A DNA stretch of 64,000 nucleotides from Bacteroidota bacterium. Its GTDB lineage: Bacteria > Bacteroidota > Bacteroidia > Bacteroidales > Cfx3-03. Shown piece after piece: positions 1 to 10,188 of the stretch. A program made the translations under genes and the position numbers. Location: assembly GCA_013390605.1 (NCBI GenBank), contig JACAUB010000001.1:5054250-5118249 (forward strand), given 5' to 3'. Within the stretch, counting starts at the first letter, position 1. Every line of letters begins with the position of its first letter. Under the pieces are notes generated by a model, which saw only the letters and a program-made list of their open reading frames with translations, was not told the DNA's origin and searched no databases.

Positions 1-475
1 TTTTGATATTTCCTGGGAATATGGATGCGGTATGGCCATCTTCTCCAAGCCCTAGTATGATCAGATCAAATCGTGGTAGTTTATCCTCAACTAATATATT
101 TTCGGAGATGATTTTACCATAACGAATTACCTCATTTTCTGGTTCATTCTCTCCAAATATTCTGAATATGTTTTCTTTAGGAATGTTAAGATTCTCGAAC
201 AAGCTTAAACGTGCCATTTTATAGTTGCTCTCATTGTCATCAGGAGGGACGCACCTTTCGTCTCCCCAGAAAAATCTGACTTTATTCCAGTTCACCAGTC
301 CTGTATCATGTGAAGATATATGCTCGAAGATTTTTTTTGGTGTAGAGCCTCCGGATAACGCAACGGATAAAAATTCATCATCCTTAGTTTCTGCAATTTT
401 TTCACACAACAATGTTTCAATAAAGTCAGCCAACTTTTCGATGGTAGGCAATACTACAATTTCTTTTGGATTCAT
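1..475 (-). CDS. pgl: 6-phosphogluconolactonase (3' part runs off window)
   Basis: Manual translation from ATG at 475: MNPKEIVVL...VALSGGSTPK...FFWGDERCVPPDDNESNY...FDLIILGLGEDGHTASIFPG; lies directly downstream of zwf. Absent from the ORF track because no stop is in the window. Confidence 0.95.
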   Translation of the reverse strand, partial: MNPKEIVVLPTIEKLADFIETLLCEKIAETKDDEFLSVALSGGSTPKKIFEHISSHDTGLVNWNKVRFFWGDERCVPPDDNESNYKMARLSLFENLNIPKENIFRIFGENEPENEVIRYGKIISENILVEDKLPRFDLIILGLGEDGHTASIFPGNIK

Positions 476-516
476 ATTAGTGAGATCTTTTTATTGAAAT
501 ATTCATATCCTGATTT

Positions 517-2043
517 TTATAATTCGCAATATTCGCCATCATCAGCCAGATTTTTACAAGGATACCTCCATCCATCTCCCTTTTCTTCAAAAAGGGCCTC
601 TGCATTTTCAGGTCCCCATGTGCCAGCAGGATAACCATAAATCTTTTGACTGGGATCGTTGTTCCATACCTTTTGTATTGGAGCGACAAACTTCCAGGCA
701 GCTTCAACAGCATCGGCACGGGCGTATAAAGTCGAATCACCAATCATTGCATCGTAAATTAGTCTTTCATAAGCTGAAGGAAGATGAACATCAGAAAGTT
801 CTGAATAATGGAAGTCCATATTGACTCCTTTTACATTGAAACCCGTTCCTGGTTGTTTCAGACCAAATTTTAGTAAAATACCTTCGTCAGGTTGTATTCG
901 AATAATTAGTTGATTACCACTTTTACAAGTATCATCGTTTTGGAATAAGCTTTGCGGGGTTGGTTTAAAATGCACAACCACCTCAGTTACGCGAGTTGGA
1001 AGTCTCTTTCCTGTCCTGATATAAAAAGGTACACCACTCCAGCGCCAGTTGTCAATAAAGAATTTCATCGCAACAAAAGTCTCGGTACGCGATTCTGGAT
1101 TAACTCCTTTCTCATCACGATATCCGGGTATGTACTCTCCACGTACATGTGAAGTAATGTATTGACCGCGAATTACCTGCCGGGGAACATCTTCTTCGCG
1201 TATGGGTTTAAGCGATTGCATCACTTTCATGGTCTCATTTCGGATAGCATCAGCATCCATTGATGATGGTGGCTCCATTGCTGTGAGCCCAACAACTTGC
1301 AACAAATGGTTTTGAAGCATATCACGGAGTGCCCCCGATCCGTCGTAGTAACCACCACGACCTTCAACTCCAATACTTTCCGCGGAGGTAATTTCTACAT
1401 GATCTACATAATTCCGATTCCATAAAGGCTCAAAAATACCATTGGCAAAACGCATAACCAGAAGGTTTTGAACGGTCTCTTTTCCAAGGTAATGGTCAAT
1501 GCGGTAAATCTGGCTTTCATTGAAAGCCTCGTGTAACTGACGGTTGAGCATTAGACCAGATTCTAAGTCGTAGCCAAAAGGTTTTTCTATGATGAGTCGT
1601 TTAAAGCCATTAGAAGGATTACTAAGACCTACTTTTGCGAGGTTGCCTGATATTACACTAAACATACTTGGCGGTGTAGATAGGTAAAACATATAATTAC
1701 CATCAGTACCCTCATTTATATTTATCTTATTCAGCGTAGTTTTCAGACGAAGATATTCATCTGGTAATGACATATCCATTTGAAAATAGGATGTATGCGA
1801 GATAAACTCTTCAATTTGCTGTTCATTAAGGTGGATGTTTTCAGAAAAATTCCTGATTCCATCAGTCATCTTTTCATGGAATGCTTCATCTGTAATGGCT
1901 GTCCGGCTAACACCAAGAACGTGTAATTTCTCGGGAAGCATCTGTTGGTTATAGAGTGCATACAGTGCCGGAATTAATTTACGGTAGGTCAAGTCGCCAG
2001 AGGCGCCGAAAATGACCATTGTTTGGTTGTTTGGTTTTTCCAT
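517..2043 (-). CDS. zwf: glucose-6-phosphate 1-dehydrogenase
   Basis: GASGDL NADP-binding motif, EKPFG, RIDHYLGKE active-site signature; 508 aa. Confidence 0.98.
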   Translation of the reverse strand: MEKPNNQTMVIFGASGDLTYRKLIPALYALYNQQMLPEKLHVLGVSRTAITDEAFHEKMTDGIRNFSENIHLNEQQIEEFISHTSYFQMDMSLPDEYLRLKTTLNKININEGTDGNYMFYLSTPPSMFSVISGNLAKVGLSNPSNGFKRLIIEKPFGYDLESGLMLNRQLHEAFNESQIYRIDHYLGKETVQNLLVMRFANGIFEPLWNRNYVDHVEITSAESIGVEGRGGYYDGSGALRDMLQNHLLQVVGLTAMEPPSSMDADAIRNETMKVMQSLKPIREEDVPRQVIRGQYITSHVRGEYIPGYRDEKGVNPESRTETFVAMKFFIDNWRWSGVPFYIRTGKRLPTRVTEVVVHFKPTPQSLFQNDDTCKSGNQLIIRIQPDEGILLKFGLKQPGTGFNVKGVNMDFHYSELSDVHLPSAYERLIYDAMIGDSTLYARADAVEAAWKFVAPIQKVWNNDPSQKIYGYPAGTWGPENAEALFEEKGDGWRYPCKNLADDGEYCEL

Positions 2044-2260
2044 TACTTACTTTTTTACTATATAAGAACCACCAAACTGATTTCTCAGGAATGTCAGAAT
2101 TTTATGGCATCTGATTGATGGCATCTATTGTAGAAGTCAATATAAAGTAACGATTAGAGCAATACATTTGTTTTTCTCAATACTCTTTATGTTTCTGTTT
2201 TCAGCCTTCTCTGGAATAATGATTCTGCTTATTCTATATGGCGAATTGGTGCAATTAATC

Positions 2261-4027
2261 TTAACTTTCCCGCTTGTCGTGTAATAACAGGTTTATCGCA
2301 TCGTGCAGTGATCCTGCTTTGGTGATTGACCCCGCGTTTACAAAGAAAATTTCATCTGCATTTTCTATAGTATTCAGTCGGTGCGCAATGATAATGCGTG
2401 TAGTGTCGTTAGGAAGCTTTTTCAGAATTTTATCAAGTAGCTGTTCCGTAACGGTGTCAATATTTGCAGTTGCCTCATCAAGAATCAGCAACTTTGGTCT
2501 TCGTAATACTGCACGGATAAAGGCAATGAGTTGCTTTTGTCCGAGGCTGATACCATCGCCGGATGATTTTATTTCGGCAGTTAGCCCTCCATCGAACCGT
2601 TCGAGTAATCCGTCTAAACCCGATTCCGACAAAACCTTTGACAAGTCTTCGTTCGAAACATTTTTATATTGTGCATTTCCGTACAAGATGTTGTCGCGAA
2701 TAGTTCCACTAAAAAGAAAAGGTTCTTGCAAGATAAAACCGATTGAGGATGTGCGCGAGTTGATATCCATCGACCGGATATCCATACCATCAAGTATAAT
2801 TTGTCCTGAAGAGGGGTCGTATAGTCGTGCCATGAGTGAGGCCGTTGTTGTTTTCCCACCACCTGTAGGACCCACGAAAGCATAAGTCTTACCACGTTCC
2901 AGGTTGAAGCTCACATCTTTCAATATCTCATTTCCCTCATTATATGAAAACGAAACATTGCGGAATGACAACAAATAAGGAGTTTCTTCTTTTGTGATTA
3001 TCTCATGGACTTCTAGATTATTTTCGAGTACCAGTATCTGTGAAATACGATCCCAGCCAGCTAATGCCACCTGAAAGTTGGCCCAGAGTGCAGCTATTTG
3101 ACGTAGTGGATTATAGAATAGCGTAATATAAGCCAAAAAGCTGATAAGTAATCCCACCGAAAACTGTCCAACGGAAATCAGGTAAATACCAAATGCCAAC
3201 ACCACCATTTGTCCGATACTTGATGAGAATCCATAAACGGGCGTAAATATATTATTTGCAATACCAGCTTTCACTGCACTTTGATAGTTCTCCGTATTGA
3301 CTTCATCAAAGCGTTTACGGAAGTAGTCACGACGGTTAAAGGCAACAATCACCTTGAAGTTATTCAGACTTTCCTGAATTTCAGCACTCAGGCTTCCAGT
3401 GCTTTTCATATTGGTCGAGTTACGATTTTTTACCCAAGGGGAGATACTTCGTGTGAATATCCATAGTACGAGAGCCGGAGCCAAAGCTGCCAGCCCGAGT
3501 TTCAGATTGATGGAAAGCAGAAAGATTCCGGCTCCCAGCATCGTGAAAATACTACTCATAAACTGTACCATCGACTGCGAAAAGAACTGGTTGATTTTAT
3601 CAGTGTCGTTATTTACTCTTGAAATCAGGTCGCCTGCTTTATTCTGGTTAAAAAAATCAATCGGCAAATCCTGCAGTTTGTTAAATACGGAATTTCGCAA
3701 ATTAAATAGCATACGCTGTCCTACACGCCCCATTAATTGTGTCTGTGTGTAGCCACTCACTAAGGCTATGGCGAAAACGCAAAACAAAATAATGGAATAG
3801 TGAATTACTCCCTCGTAATGTTTGGTCACCACAAAACTATCGACGGCATGTCCCATCAAATAGGGGCCTACAAGATTTAAACCTGCATTAATGAAAATAA
3901 AAATCATGGCGATGTAGAGGTTTTTACGCTCTTCTCCCATCAGTGTCAATAACTGTTTGAAGATATTTGTAGTATTGACTTTTTCGTTGGACTGCAGCCC
4001 TTTTTTAATATTAAGATTATAGTTCAT
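2261..4027 (-). CDS. ABC exporter, fused TMD-NBD subunit (consensus catalytic residues)
   Basis: TM domain followed by GPTGGGKTT, ISLGQKQ, ILDEATA, IAHRL. Start placed at ATG 4027 (MNYNL), overlapping the upstream stop by 11 nt, rather than the track's 4066. Confidence 0.9.
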   Translation of the reverse strand: MNYNLNIKKGLQSNEKVNTTNIFKQLLTLMGEERKNLYIAMIFIFINAGLNLVGPYLMGHAVDSFVVTKHYEGVIHYSIILFCVFAIALVSGYTQTQLMGRVGQRMLFNLRNSVFNKLQDLPIDFFNQNKAGDLISRVNNDTDKINQFFSQSMVQFMSSIFTMLGAGIFLLSINLKLGLAALAPALVLWIFTRSISPWVKNRNSTNMKSTGSLSAEIQESLNNFKVIVAFNRRDYFRKRFDEVNTENYQSAVKAGIANNIFTPVYGFSSSIGQMVVLAFGIYLISVGQFSVGLLISFLAYITLFYNPLRQIAALWANFQVALAGWDRISQILVLENNLEVHEIITKEETPYLLSFRNVSFSYNEGNEILKDVSFNLERGKTYAFVGPTGGGKTTTASLMARLYDPSSGQIILDGMDIRSMDINSRTSSIGFILQEPFLFSGTIRDNILYGNAQYKNVSNEDLSKVLSESGLDGLLERFDGGLTAEIKSSGDGISLGQKQLIAFIRAVLRRPKLLILDEATANIDTVTEQLLDKILKKLPNDTTRIIIAHRLNTIENADEIFFVNAGSITKAGSLHDAINLLLHDKRES

Positions 4028-5768
4028 AATGATTTGTGCTGCGTTGAGAATTGAAAATTTGAACATATTCCGGACAAGTATCCATCAGTGTTTCATGAGT
4101 TCCCTTTGCCAAAATCTCGCCTTCTTCTAATAAAATAATTTGACCGTAATTCATGACCGATGCAATCTTTTGGGTTACAGAGAGTAAAGTTATGCCGGGA
4201 TAATTTCGAGCTACATTATCCAGAATTTTCTCTTCAGTCTGGCTGTCAACCCGGGCAGTAAAATCGTCGAGTAATAGAATTTTTGGATTAAGTGCCAGCG
4301 CTCTTGCTAACATGATACGTTGTTTTTGTCCACCTGATAAACTTGTGCCACGTTCGCTCACAATCGTGTCCATTCCTTCTGGCAGCGCATCGATAAAATC
4401 GTGTAGCTCGGCTGTTTCAATTGCTTTAGCAAGTGATTCACCAGTTACTTTCTCCTTAAATGCAATGTTTTCGCGAAGGCTCATGTTGAACATAATACTG
4501 TCTTGAAATACAAATCCGATCTGATCTTGAAATGTTTCTTTATTATAATCGTTGATGTTGATACCGTCAAACAGGATAGAGCCATTTGATGGTTGAATCA
4601 GTCCGGTGAGTAAATAGAGTAGCTGTGTTTTTCCGGCTGCTGTTGGTCCAATCACGGCTGTTCTGGTTCCGGGTTTCAGAATTAGTGAAACGTTTTTTAG
4701 GGCCGGTTTCTCGCCATAAAATACCGAAATATTTTGCATCTCAATGTCGCCAAGTAACGGGGTGCTCACTATGCCAGTATCGCGAGTTTCTTTAGCATCC
4801 AGAACAGCACAAATCCGGCCATATGAAACCGAAGCCTGTACCACGAAATTGCTGATGAATCCAATGATGATAATCGGAAAGATAAGTAATCCCAAATAAG
4901 AATTGAATGCTGCAAAATCTCCCAACGACATCGTGCCAGAAATTACGTAATGTCCGCCCAACGCCAGGATGGTAAGCGATGCCATATTGCTTACGAACAC
5001 GACTATCGGAATTAGCGTTGCAAAAAGTTTGAGAATGGACATTCCCAAATCTTTAGCTTGTGTATTGGCATCCATGAATTTGTTGTATTCAAGTATTTGC
5101 GAGTTCAAAACACGAACCAATGCTGCACCCATTATGCTTTCGTTGATGACTTTATTGAGCCAGTCAATTACTTCACGACTTTTCTTGAACAATACTCGCA
5201 CTTTACGGAACACAAAGAAAAATGCTAAACTGATAATTGGAATAATGGCAAGTACAGATAATGCCAGTTTCCAGTTAATCGAAAATAAAAGAATACTTGC
5301 ACCAATAATAATAAACACTGATGACGCAAGTGACACTACTGCCATCGATACAAATAATTTTACAGAATCAATATCAGAAGTGAGGTTGGTAAGTAATTTC
5401 GAGGGGTTTGATTGCTGAATAAACGCATAACTCTGGCGCGAAATCTTATCAGCAAGCTTTGTCCGCAAGTCGCGTGCAACTCTTTCCGAGGCGTAGGTCT
5501 GCAGAATACCCTGCAAAAAAGTAAATACGAAAATAATGAATGCAGCAATCAGGAACTCAATGATGATTTTTTGATATAAAAAAATCCCTTTCGAGAAATC
5601 ATCAATACCGTGTGAAATAAGTTTCGGAATTACTAAATTCGTCGCATTACTCAATAGTGAAAAACTGATCAGGCTGAAAATCATTAGCCTGTATGGCTTT
5701 AGAACTGCAAATATATTTGGTTTATTCGGTTTCCCTCCTGGTGTTTGTTCTTTATCTTTAATTGCCAT
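4017..5768 (-). CDS. ABC exporter, fused TMD-NBD subunit (degenerate catalytic residues)
   Basis: GPTAAGKT, LSGGQKQR, LLLDD (Glu replaced by Asp), VTQK (His replaced by Gln); heterodimer partner of the downstream gene. Confidence 0.9.
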   Translation of the reverse strand: MAIKDKEQTPGGKPNKPNIFAVLKPYRLMIFSLISFSLLSNATNLVIPKLISHGIDDFSKGIFLYQKIIIEFLIAAFIIFVFTFLQGILQTYASERVARDLRTKLADKISRQSYAFIQQSNPSKLLTNLTSDIDSVKLFVSMAVVSLASSVFIIIGASILLFSINWKLALSVLAIIPIISLAFFFVFRKVRVLFKKSREVIDWLNKVINESIMGAALVRVLNSQILEYNKFMDANTQAKDLGMSILKLFATLIPIVVFVSNMASLTILALGGHYVISGTMSLGDFAAFNSYLGLLIFPIIIIGFISNFVVQASVSYGRICAVLDAKETRDTGIVSTPLLGDIEMQNISVFYGEKPALKNVSLILKPGTRTAVIGPTAAGKTQLLYLLTGLIQPSNGSILFDGININDYNKETFQDQIGFVFQDSIMFNMSLRENIAFKEKVTGESLAKAIETAELHDFIDALPEGMDTIVSERGTSLSGGQKQRIMLARALALNPKILLLDDFTARVDSQTEEKILDNVARNYPGITLLSVTQKIASVMNYGQIILLEEGEILAKGTHETLMDTCPEYVQIFNSQRSTNHYEL

Positions 5769-5799
5769 TTCAATATATTCTATTTAAAATTTAATGGAG

Positions 5800-5807
5800 C
5801 AAAGTTA
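5800..5807 (-). promoter_or_regulatory. Bacteroidota -7 promoter element for the ABC operon
   Basis: TAACTTTG on the minus strand matches TAnnTTTG, ~30 nt upstream of the ATG. Confidence 0.55.
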
Positions 5808-6060
5808 AAACAACCCGTAATCAATTGTTGATAAACTTTAACATAACACGATTATTAGCAAAGTGGTTCAACAACATCTGAAATTCACAAATTTATTAAA
5901 GCTATCTTTTTCGAATAACATGCATAGCCATCTGTTATTCAATAAATCATAAATGCGCTCATTCTTTTTTAGTGTGTGTTTAATCAACATTGTGTTGATA
6001 GCTATGAAGATAAATTCTCATTATACAATTACGAAGTTAATCGGTTAAAATATACTGTCT

Positions 6061-6270
6061 ACTCTTCAAATATTTATTGATAATGAGGGTATAATGATCC
6101 ATCGATCCTTAATGAGTTTCCTTTATTTGCACCGTGCTTCCGCTATGACTCCCACTAATTATTGGAGCCATGGTGGAAGCACGCTGGATCTACGCTGGAC
6201 CCATGCCGGACTCAATGGTGGTTATGCTTCTGATATAGAATTATATAGCCTAAGTTAAATGAGGGAAAAA
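6061..6270. repeat. intergenic hairpin + phased 11-bp repeat element, copy A
   Basis: Ungapped match to 44801-45010 (155/210 identical by hand count). 20-bp stem 6133-6152/6164-6183; GGA-initiated units at 6164, 6175, 6186, 6197, 6208. Confidence 0.9.
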
Positions 6271-6686
6271 GAGTGTGGTAAATTGATTATGAATATGTTA
6301 CTTTTCATTATCTTAAACAATGCTATTCTATAAGCAATAATTTCACTTCGGAGTCGGAACATTATATGAATAACTATTTGTAAAATTTCTCAGATTATTG
6401 TGATGCCAGATATTCCGGATTGTATGACGATCTTTCATCCGTAAATAATTTTTAGATTGAGGTATGATGGAACTCGCATATTAAATTTACTACAGTGTCT
6501 ATGTTTGTAAAAACATACTCGTTTGATTACTAAGTTTATCAAACGCAAATGTTATTTCAGAAGGTTTTTTTAGATCTACTAAATAAGGCGATCCATAATC
6601 TTTAATGGCTGCTGATTTTAAACCTGCTGATAAAACGCGTAGATAAAAGCGGAATTTAATAGATAGTATAATGAATAATGTATTAT

Positions 6687-6717
6687 TAAGGGCACGATTT
6701 GATTTCTCGTGCCCTTG
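6687..6717. terminator. hairpin downstream of M16 peptidase (terminator or REP-like)
   Basis: AAGGGCACGA-N9-TCGTGCCCTT perfect 10-bp stem, ~18 nt past the stop codon. Confidence 0.55.
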
Positions 6718-6734
6718 TTTTAAATTGTGCTTTG

Positions 6735-9557
6735 TTATTTTGTTACTGGTTTTCCGTCTTTATCTAACAATATCGGATCACCTAAACCAAGCTCTTTCAA
6801 CTTTTCAAATTGAGTAGCCTTATCGCCAACAATCAAGTAAATTAATTTATCTGGATGAATTAATTTCTGTGAAAGTTTAGCATGTTCTTCCGGTGTCATT
6901 TTTTGAACAATAGCTTCACGCTTTTTAATGTAATCAAATGGGAAGTTATAAGTTACAATTGGTCCAAGCATCTCGTTTAGCTGTTGCAATGTTTCGAATT
7001 TCCCTGAATTACTCTTTAGCAAAGTACTCTTTACTTGATCAAGATCTTCTTTCGCAATTCCTTCAGTATACTTTTTAATCTCATCACGGATTATCTGCGT
7101 AGTCTCGAATGTTGAATTCGACTGTACTGCAGTACTTGCAAGAAATTGACCTACATAAGCAGCGCCAGTAAATCCGGAACGAGCACCATAGGTAAATGAT
7201 TTTTTCTCACGTAAAATCATATTTAAGATTCCATTGAAGTCGCCACCTAATTTGTAGTTTATCACAACAGCTTTATAATAATCCGGATCTATAAAGCTAG
7301 GTCCTGAATGTCCTACAAATACTTGTGATTGTTTTGCATTTGGTACATCTACAAAATAAATTCCCGGTTTAGCAGAAGTAATACTTGAAACCTCTGGGAT
7401 CTTAACATCCTTTGTTTTCCAATCTTTTAATCCATTAAATAGAGAAACTGCTTTCTCCTGGGTTATATCTCCCACTATGCTAATCTTTGCTACTGAAGGC
7501 GCAAAATAGTGATCATAATAGTTTTTAAGATCAGTAAGCTTTATTTTTTCAACTGATTTTATTGTTCCGGCAGCTTCGTTAAATAGAATGTTATTGGTTC
7601 CATAAACCAATTTACTGAATACACTTTGCGCAATTGAGGTCGGAGAAGTTTCAGTTCTTTTTAACCCTTCTATTGTTTGTCTTTTTGCAAGTGTAAATTC
7701 TTTTTCATCCCAGCGCGGTTCATACAACATCTCTTTAGCCAGTGCAAATGTTTCATCTAATTTGCTTGAAAGACAACTTCCGGTTATTAAAATAGACTCT
7801 TTACCCCCCGAAATATTTATATTCGCACCTAAATCCTGCATTGCTTCATCCAGCTCAACAGGCGTTTTTGACTTCGTGCCTTGATTCATTAATCGTGCTG
7901 TTAATGAGCCAACGCCAATCAAATCAGGATTGTCAAGAAGCATTCCGCCTTTCAGAATAATTGAGAATTCCACCAGTGGTATTTGACTTTTTTTAATTCC
8001 AAAAACAGGAATTCCGTTGGCTGTTTTATCTTTCCAGATTTTTGGAAGTGTAACAACTGGATCAGGACCTTTAACGGGCTCTTTTGTTCTGTCAATCTTT
8101 GAAGGTATGGGTTCGTACTTAGAAGCTACGGTTTCTTTTTTCTTCGTTCCTTGCTTGTCTATAGACTCCTCTTGCACCACCCACAACTTTGAATTTGATG
8201 CTGCTAAATCCGCTTTACCCTTAGGGACAATACTGGTGATCAGATAATTTTGATTCTTGATATATTTGTTATAAACTCTCCAGATATCATCTTTTGTCAC
8301 ACTCATCCTATTGTTGAAATCAGTTGTCATGAAATCTGGCGATCCGTTAAAAATATTGTAATCTCCTAACAACCTTGCTTTGTTTAAAACACTTCCACTC
8401 TGTCTGTAGAAACCATATTCAATACCTGCTTTTTGTCTTTCTACATCTTTATCTGTAAATCCATCTTTTTCAAATCGTTGAAAAGCTTCTTTTACGGTAA
8501 CTTCTACATCGCTTAATTTAATGTTTGGTAATGCAGTAACTGAAATGTCGAATGTTCCGGTAATCTCTGAGCTGCTGTGACGTGCTGAAACTGAAAGGGC
8601 AAGCTTTTTCTCTTCAACAATTACCTTATATAGAGGGGAGTTATTTCCTCTCGCAAAAATACGTCCGAAGAAATCAAGGGCATAAGCATCTTTATTATAA
8701 TCTTCAACAGTAGGGAACTCCATTGTAAGTCTGGGTGCATTCGCAAGATTATCTTCACAATATGCTCTTACTGTTTCATTCAGCGTAACTCCCATTTTAG
8801 GTAATGGTTGAAGTGCCGGACCGGATTTTATTTCGGCAAAATATTTTTCAATCCACTTCTTTGTTTGAGCTACATCAATATCACCGGCTACAATTAATGT
8901 AGCATTACTCGGTGCGTAATACTTTGCATGAAAGTCTAATACATCCTGAAGTGAGGCGGCTGCAAGATCTTCCAAATCGCCAATAACAGTATGTCCGTAT
9001 GGATGGGTTGCCGGATACATTAGTTTAGTCGATATATATTGACTTTGCGAATAAGGTCTGTTATCTCCCTGACGTTTTTCATTCTGAACGACATTCTGTT
9101 GGGTGACAAATGTTTCCTGATTTACTTTGCTTAAAAGGAATCCCATTCTGTCTGATTCCATCCATAATGCCATTTCAACAGCATTTTTGGGAACTACTTC
9201 AAAATAATTTGTTCGATCAGTGTTTGTGGAACCATTTACACTCGTTGCACCAGCAGTCTGAAGTTTCTTGAACCATTGTCCTTGTGGAATATCTTGCGAT
9301 TCGTTGAACCTAAGATGTTCGAACAGGTGGGCAAATCCTGTTTTGCCTTGAACCTCTCTTGCTGAACCAACATGATAAACTACATACACTGCTGCTATTG
9401 GGTTCGATTTATCAACATGCAGAATTACATTCATTCCGTTGGATAGTACATATTTTTCGTAAGGGATTTTAAATTCCTTGTTCTTCTCCACGCCAAAAAG
9501 TGCGATGTTAAAGCAAAGTGATAGCGTAATTACCATAAATGACAGTTTGTTTTTCAT
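6735..9557 (-). CDS. M16 family zinc peptidase (pitrilysin/PqqL-like), secreted
   Basis: Signal peptide; inverted zinc motif HLFEH; NGSTNTDRTNYFE; duplicated M16 halves; 940 aa. Confidence 0.93.
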   Translation of the reverse strand: MKNKLSFMVITLSLCFNIALFGVEKNKEFKIPYEKYVLSNGMNVILHVDKSNPIAAVYVVYHVGSAREVQGKTGFAHLFEHLRFNESQDIPQGQWFKKLQTAGATSVNGSTNTDRTNYFEVVPKNAVEMALWMESDRMGFLLSKVNQETFVTQQNVVQNEKRQGDNRPYSQSQYISTKLMYPATHPYGHTVIGDLEDLAAASLQDVLDFHAKYYAPSNATLIVAGDIDVAQTKKWIEKYFAEIKSGPALQPLPKMGVTLNETVRAYCEDNLANAPRLTMEFPTVEDYNKDAYALDFFGRIFARGNNSPLYKVIVEEKKLALSVSARHSSSEITGTFDISVTALPNIKLSDVEVTVKEAFQRFEKDGFTDKDVERQKAGIEYGFYRQSGSVLNKARLLGDYNIFNGSPDFMTTDFNNRMSVTKDDIWRVYNKYIKNQNYLITSIVPKGKADLAASNSKLWVVQEESIDKQGTKKKETVASKYEPIPSKIDRTKEPVKGPDPVVTLPKIWKDKTANGIPVFGIKKSQIPLVEFSIILKGGMLLDNPDLIGVGSLTARLMNQGTKSKTPVELDEAMQDLGANINISGGKESILITGSCLSSKLDETFALAKEMLYEPRWDEKEFTLAKRQTIEGLKRTETSPTSIAQSVFSKLVYGTNNILFNEAAGTIKSVEKIKLTDLKNYYDHYFAPSVAKISIVGDITQEKAVSLFNGLKDWKTKDVKIPEVSSITSAKPGIYFVDVPNAKQSQVFVGHSGPSFIDPDYYKAVVINYKLGGDFNGILNMILREKKSFTYGARSGFTGAAYVGQFLASTAVQSNSTFETTQIIRDEIKKYTEGIAKEDLDQVKSTLLKSNSGKFETLQQLNEMLGPIVTYNFPFDYIKKREAIVQKMTPEEHAKLSQKLIHPDKLIYLIVGDKATQFEKLKELGLGDPILLDKDGKPVTK

Positions 9558-9935
9558 TGTTCCTCCATAATTTTAGGGTTGATAAAATTAAATTGACCGT
9601 GGCCACTTCTTATTTCTGGTAGATCAAAGTATGGGTGATAAATAAATGTATTTTTTTCTGGCTTGAAATTTTAAATTTTAGTTCAGATTGATAAGTCAAT
9701 TAAAATTCTTGAAGAATATTTCAATAGTGAATTTTTAGTAAAGCTATGATTTTTATTTTAATAAGAGATAAAGTCTTATGTTTTTAAATTCTTTCTTTCT
9801 AGTTTTTGGAGATTATAGAAGATGTTTCTGGAGAATTAATTTTATTTCTTCACTTTGTCTAATATTCTATATTCATCATTTCCATCAACGTAATTAAGAT
9901 CCGGTAGTGATCAAACGATAAATGGATCTTTATAT

Positions 9936-10060
9936 ACCCCTTTAGATGAATTAAATTTCGACGGATAGATGATCAGATAGTTGACATATTTGACTTCTAC
10001 AAGCCTGAAAGCTTAATCGATTAATTTTGACCATATTTCAAATCAATTCATCTAACGGGT
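9936..10060. mobile_element. MITE-like element, ~125 bp
   Basis: Imperfect TIRs ACCCCTTTAGATGAATT ... AATTCATCTAACGGGT, flanked by direct repeat TTATAT (TTTATATA if ends are drawn at 9937/10059); no coding capacity. Confidence 0.6.
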
Positions 10061-10188
10061 TTATATAATTTGTAACTAGTTGGTATATTAGTAAATGTGA
10101 ATCAAAATTAATGCATAGTTAATATGAAATTAATCTTGTTCGGAGTTTATAGATCTATTTTTGGACGATAACATTAAGAATCTTAGTA

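Noticed and set aside
1-2260. Absence of gnd upstream of zwf-pgl
   Set aside because: It may lie beyond the left edge or elsewhere; not assessable from this window.
6131-6218. CRISPR array or CDS-derived repeat
   Set aside because: Units are 11 bp and contiguous with no unique spacers; no cas genes in the window.
6500-6517. Palindrome TATGTTTGTAAAAACATA as a regulator site
   Set aside because: Lies downstream of a gene, far from any start codon, and has no second instance in the window.
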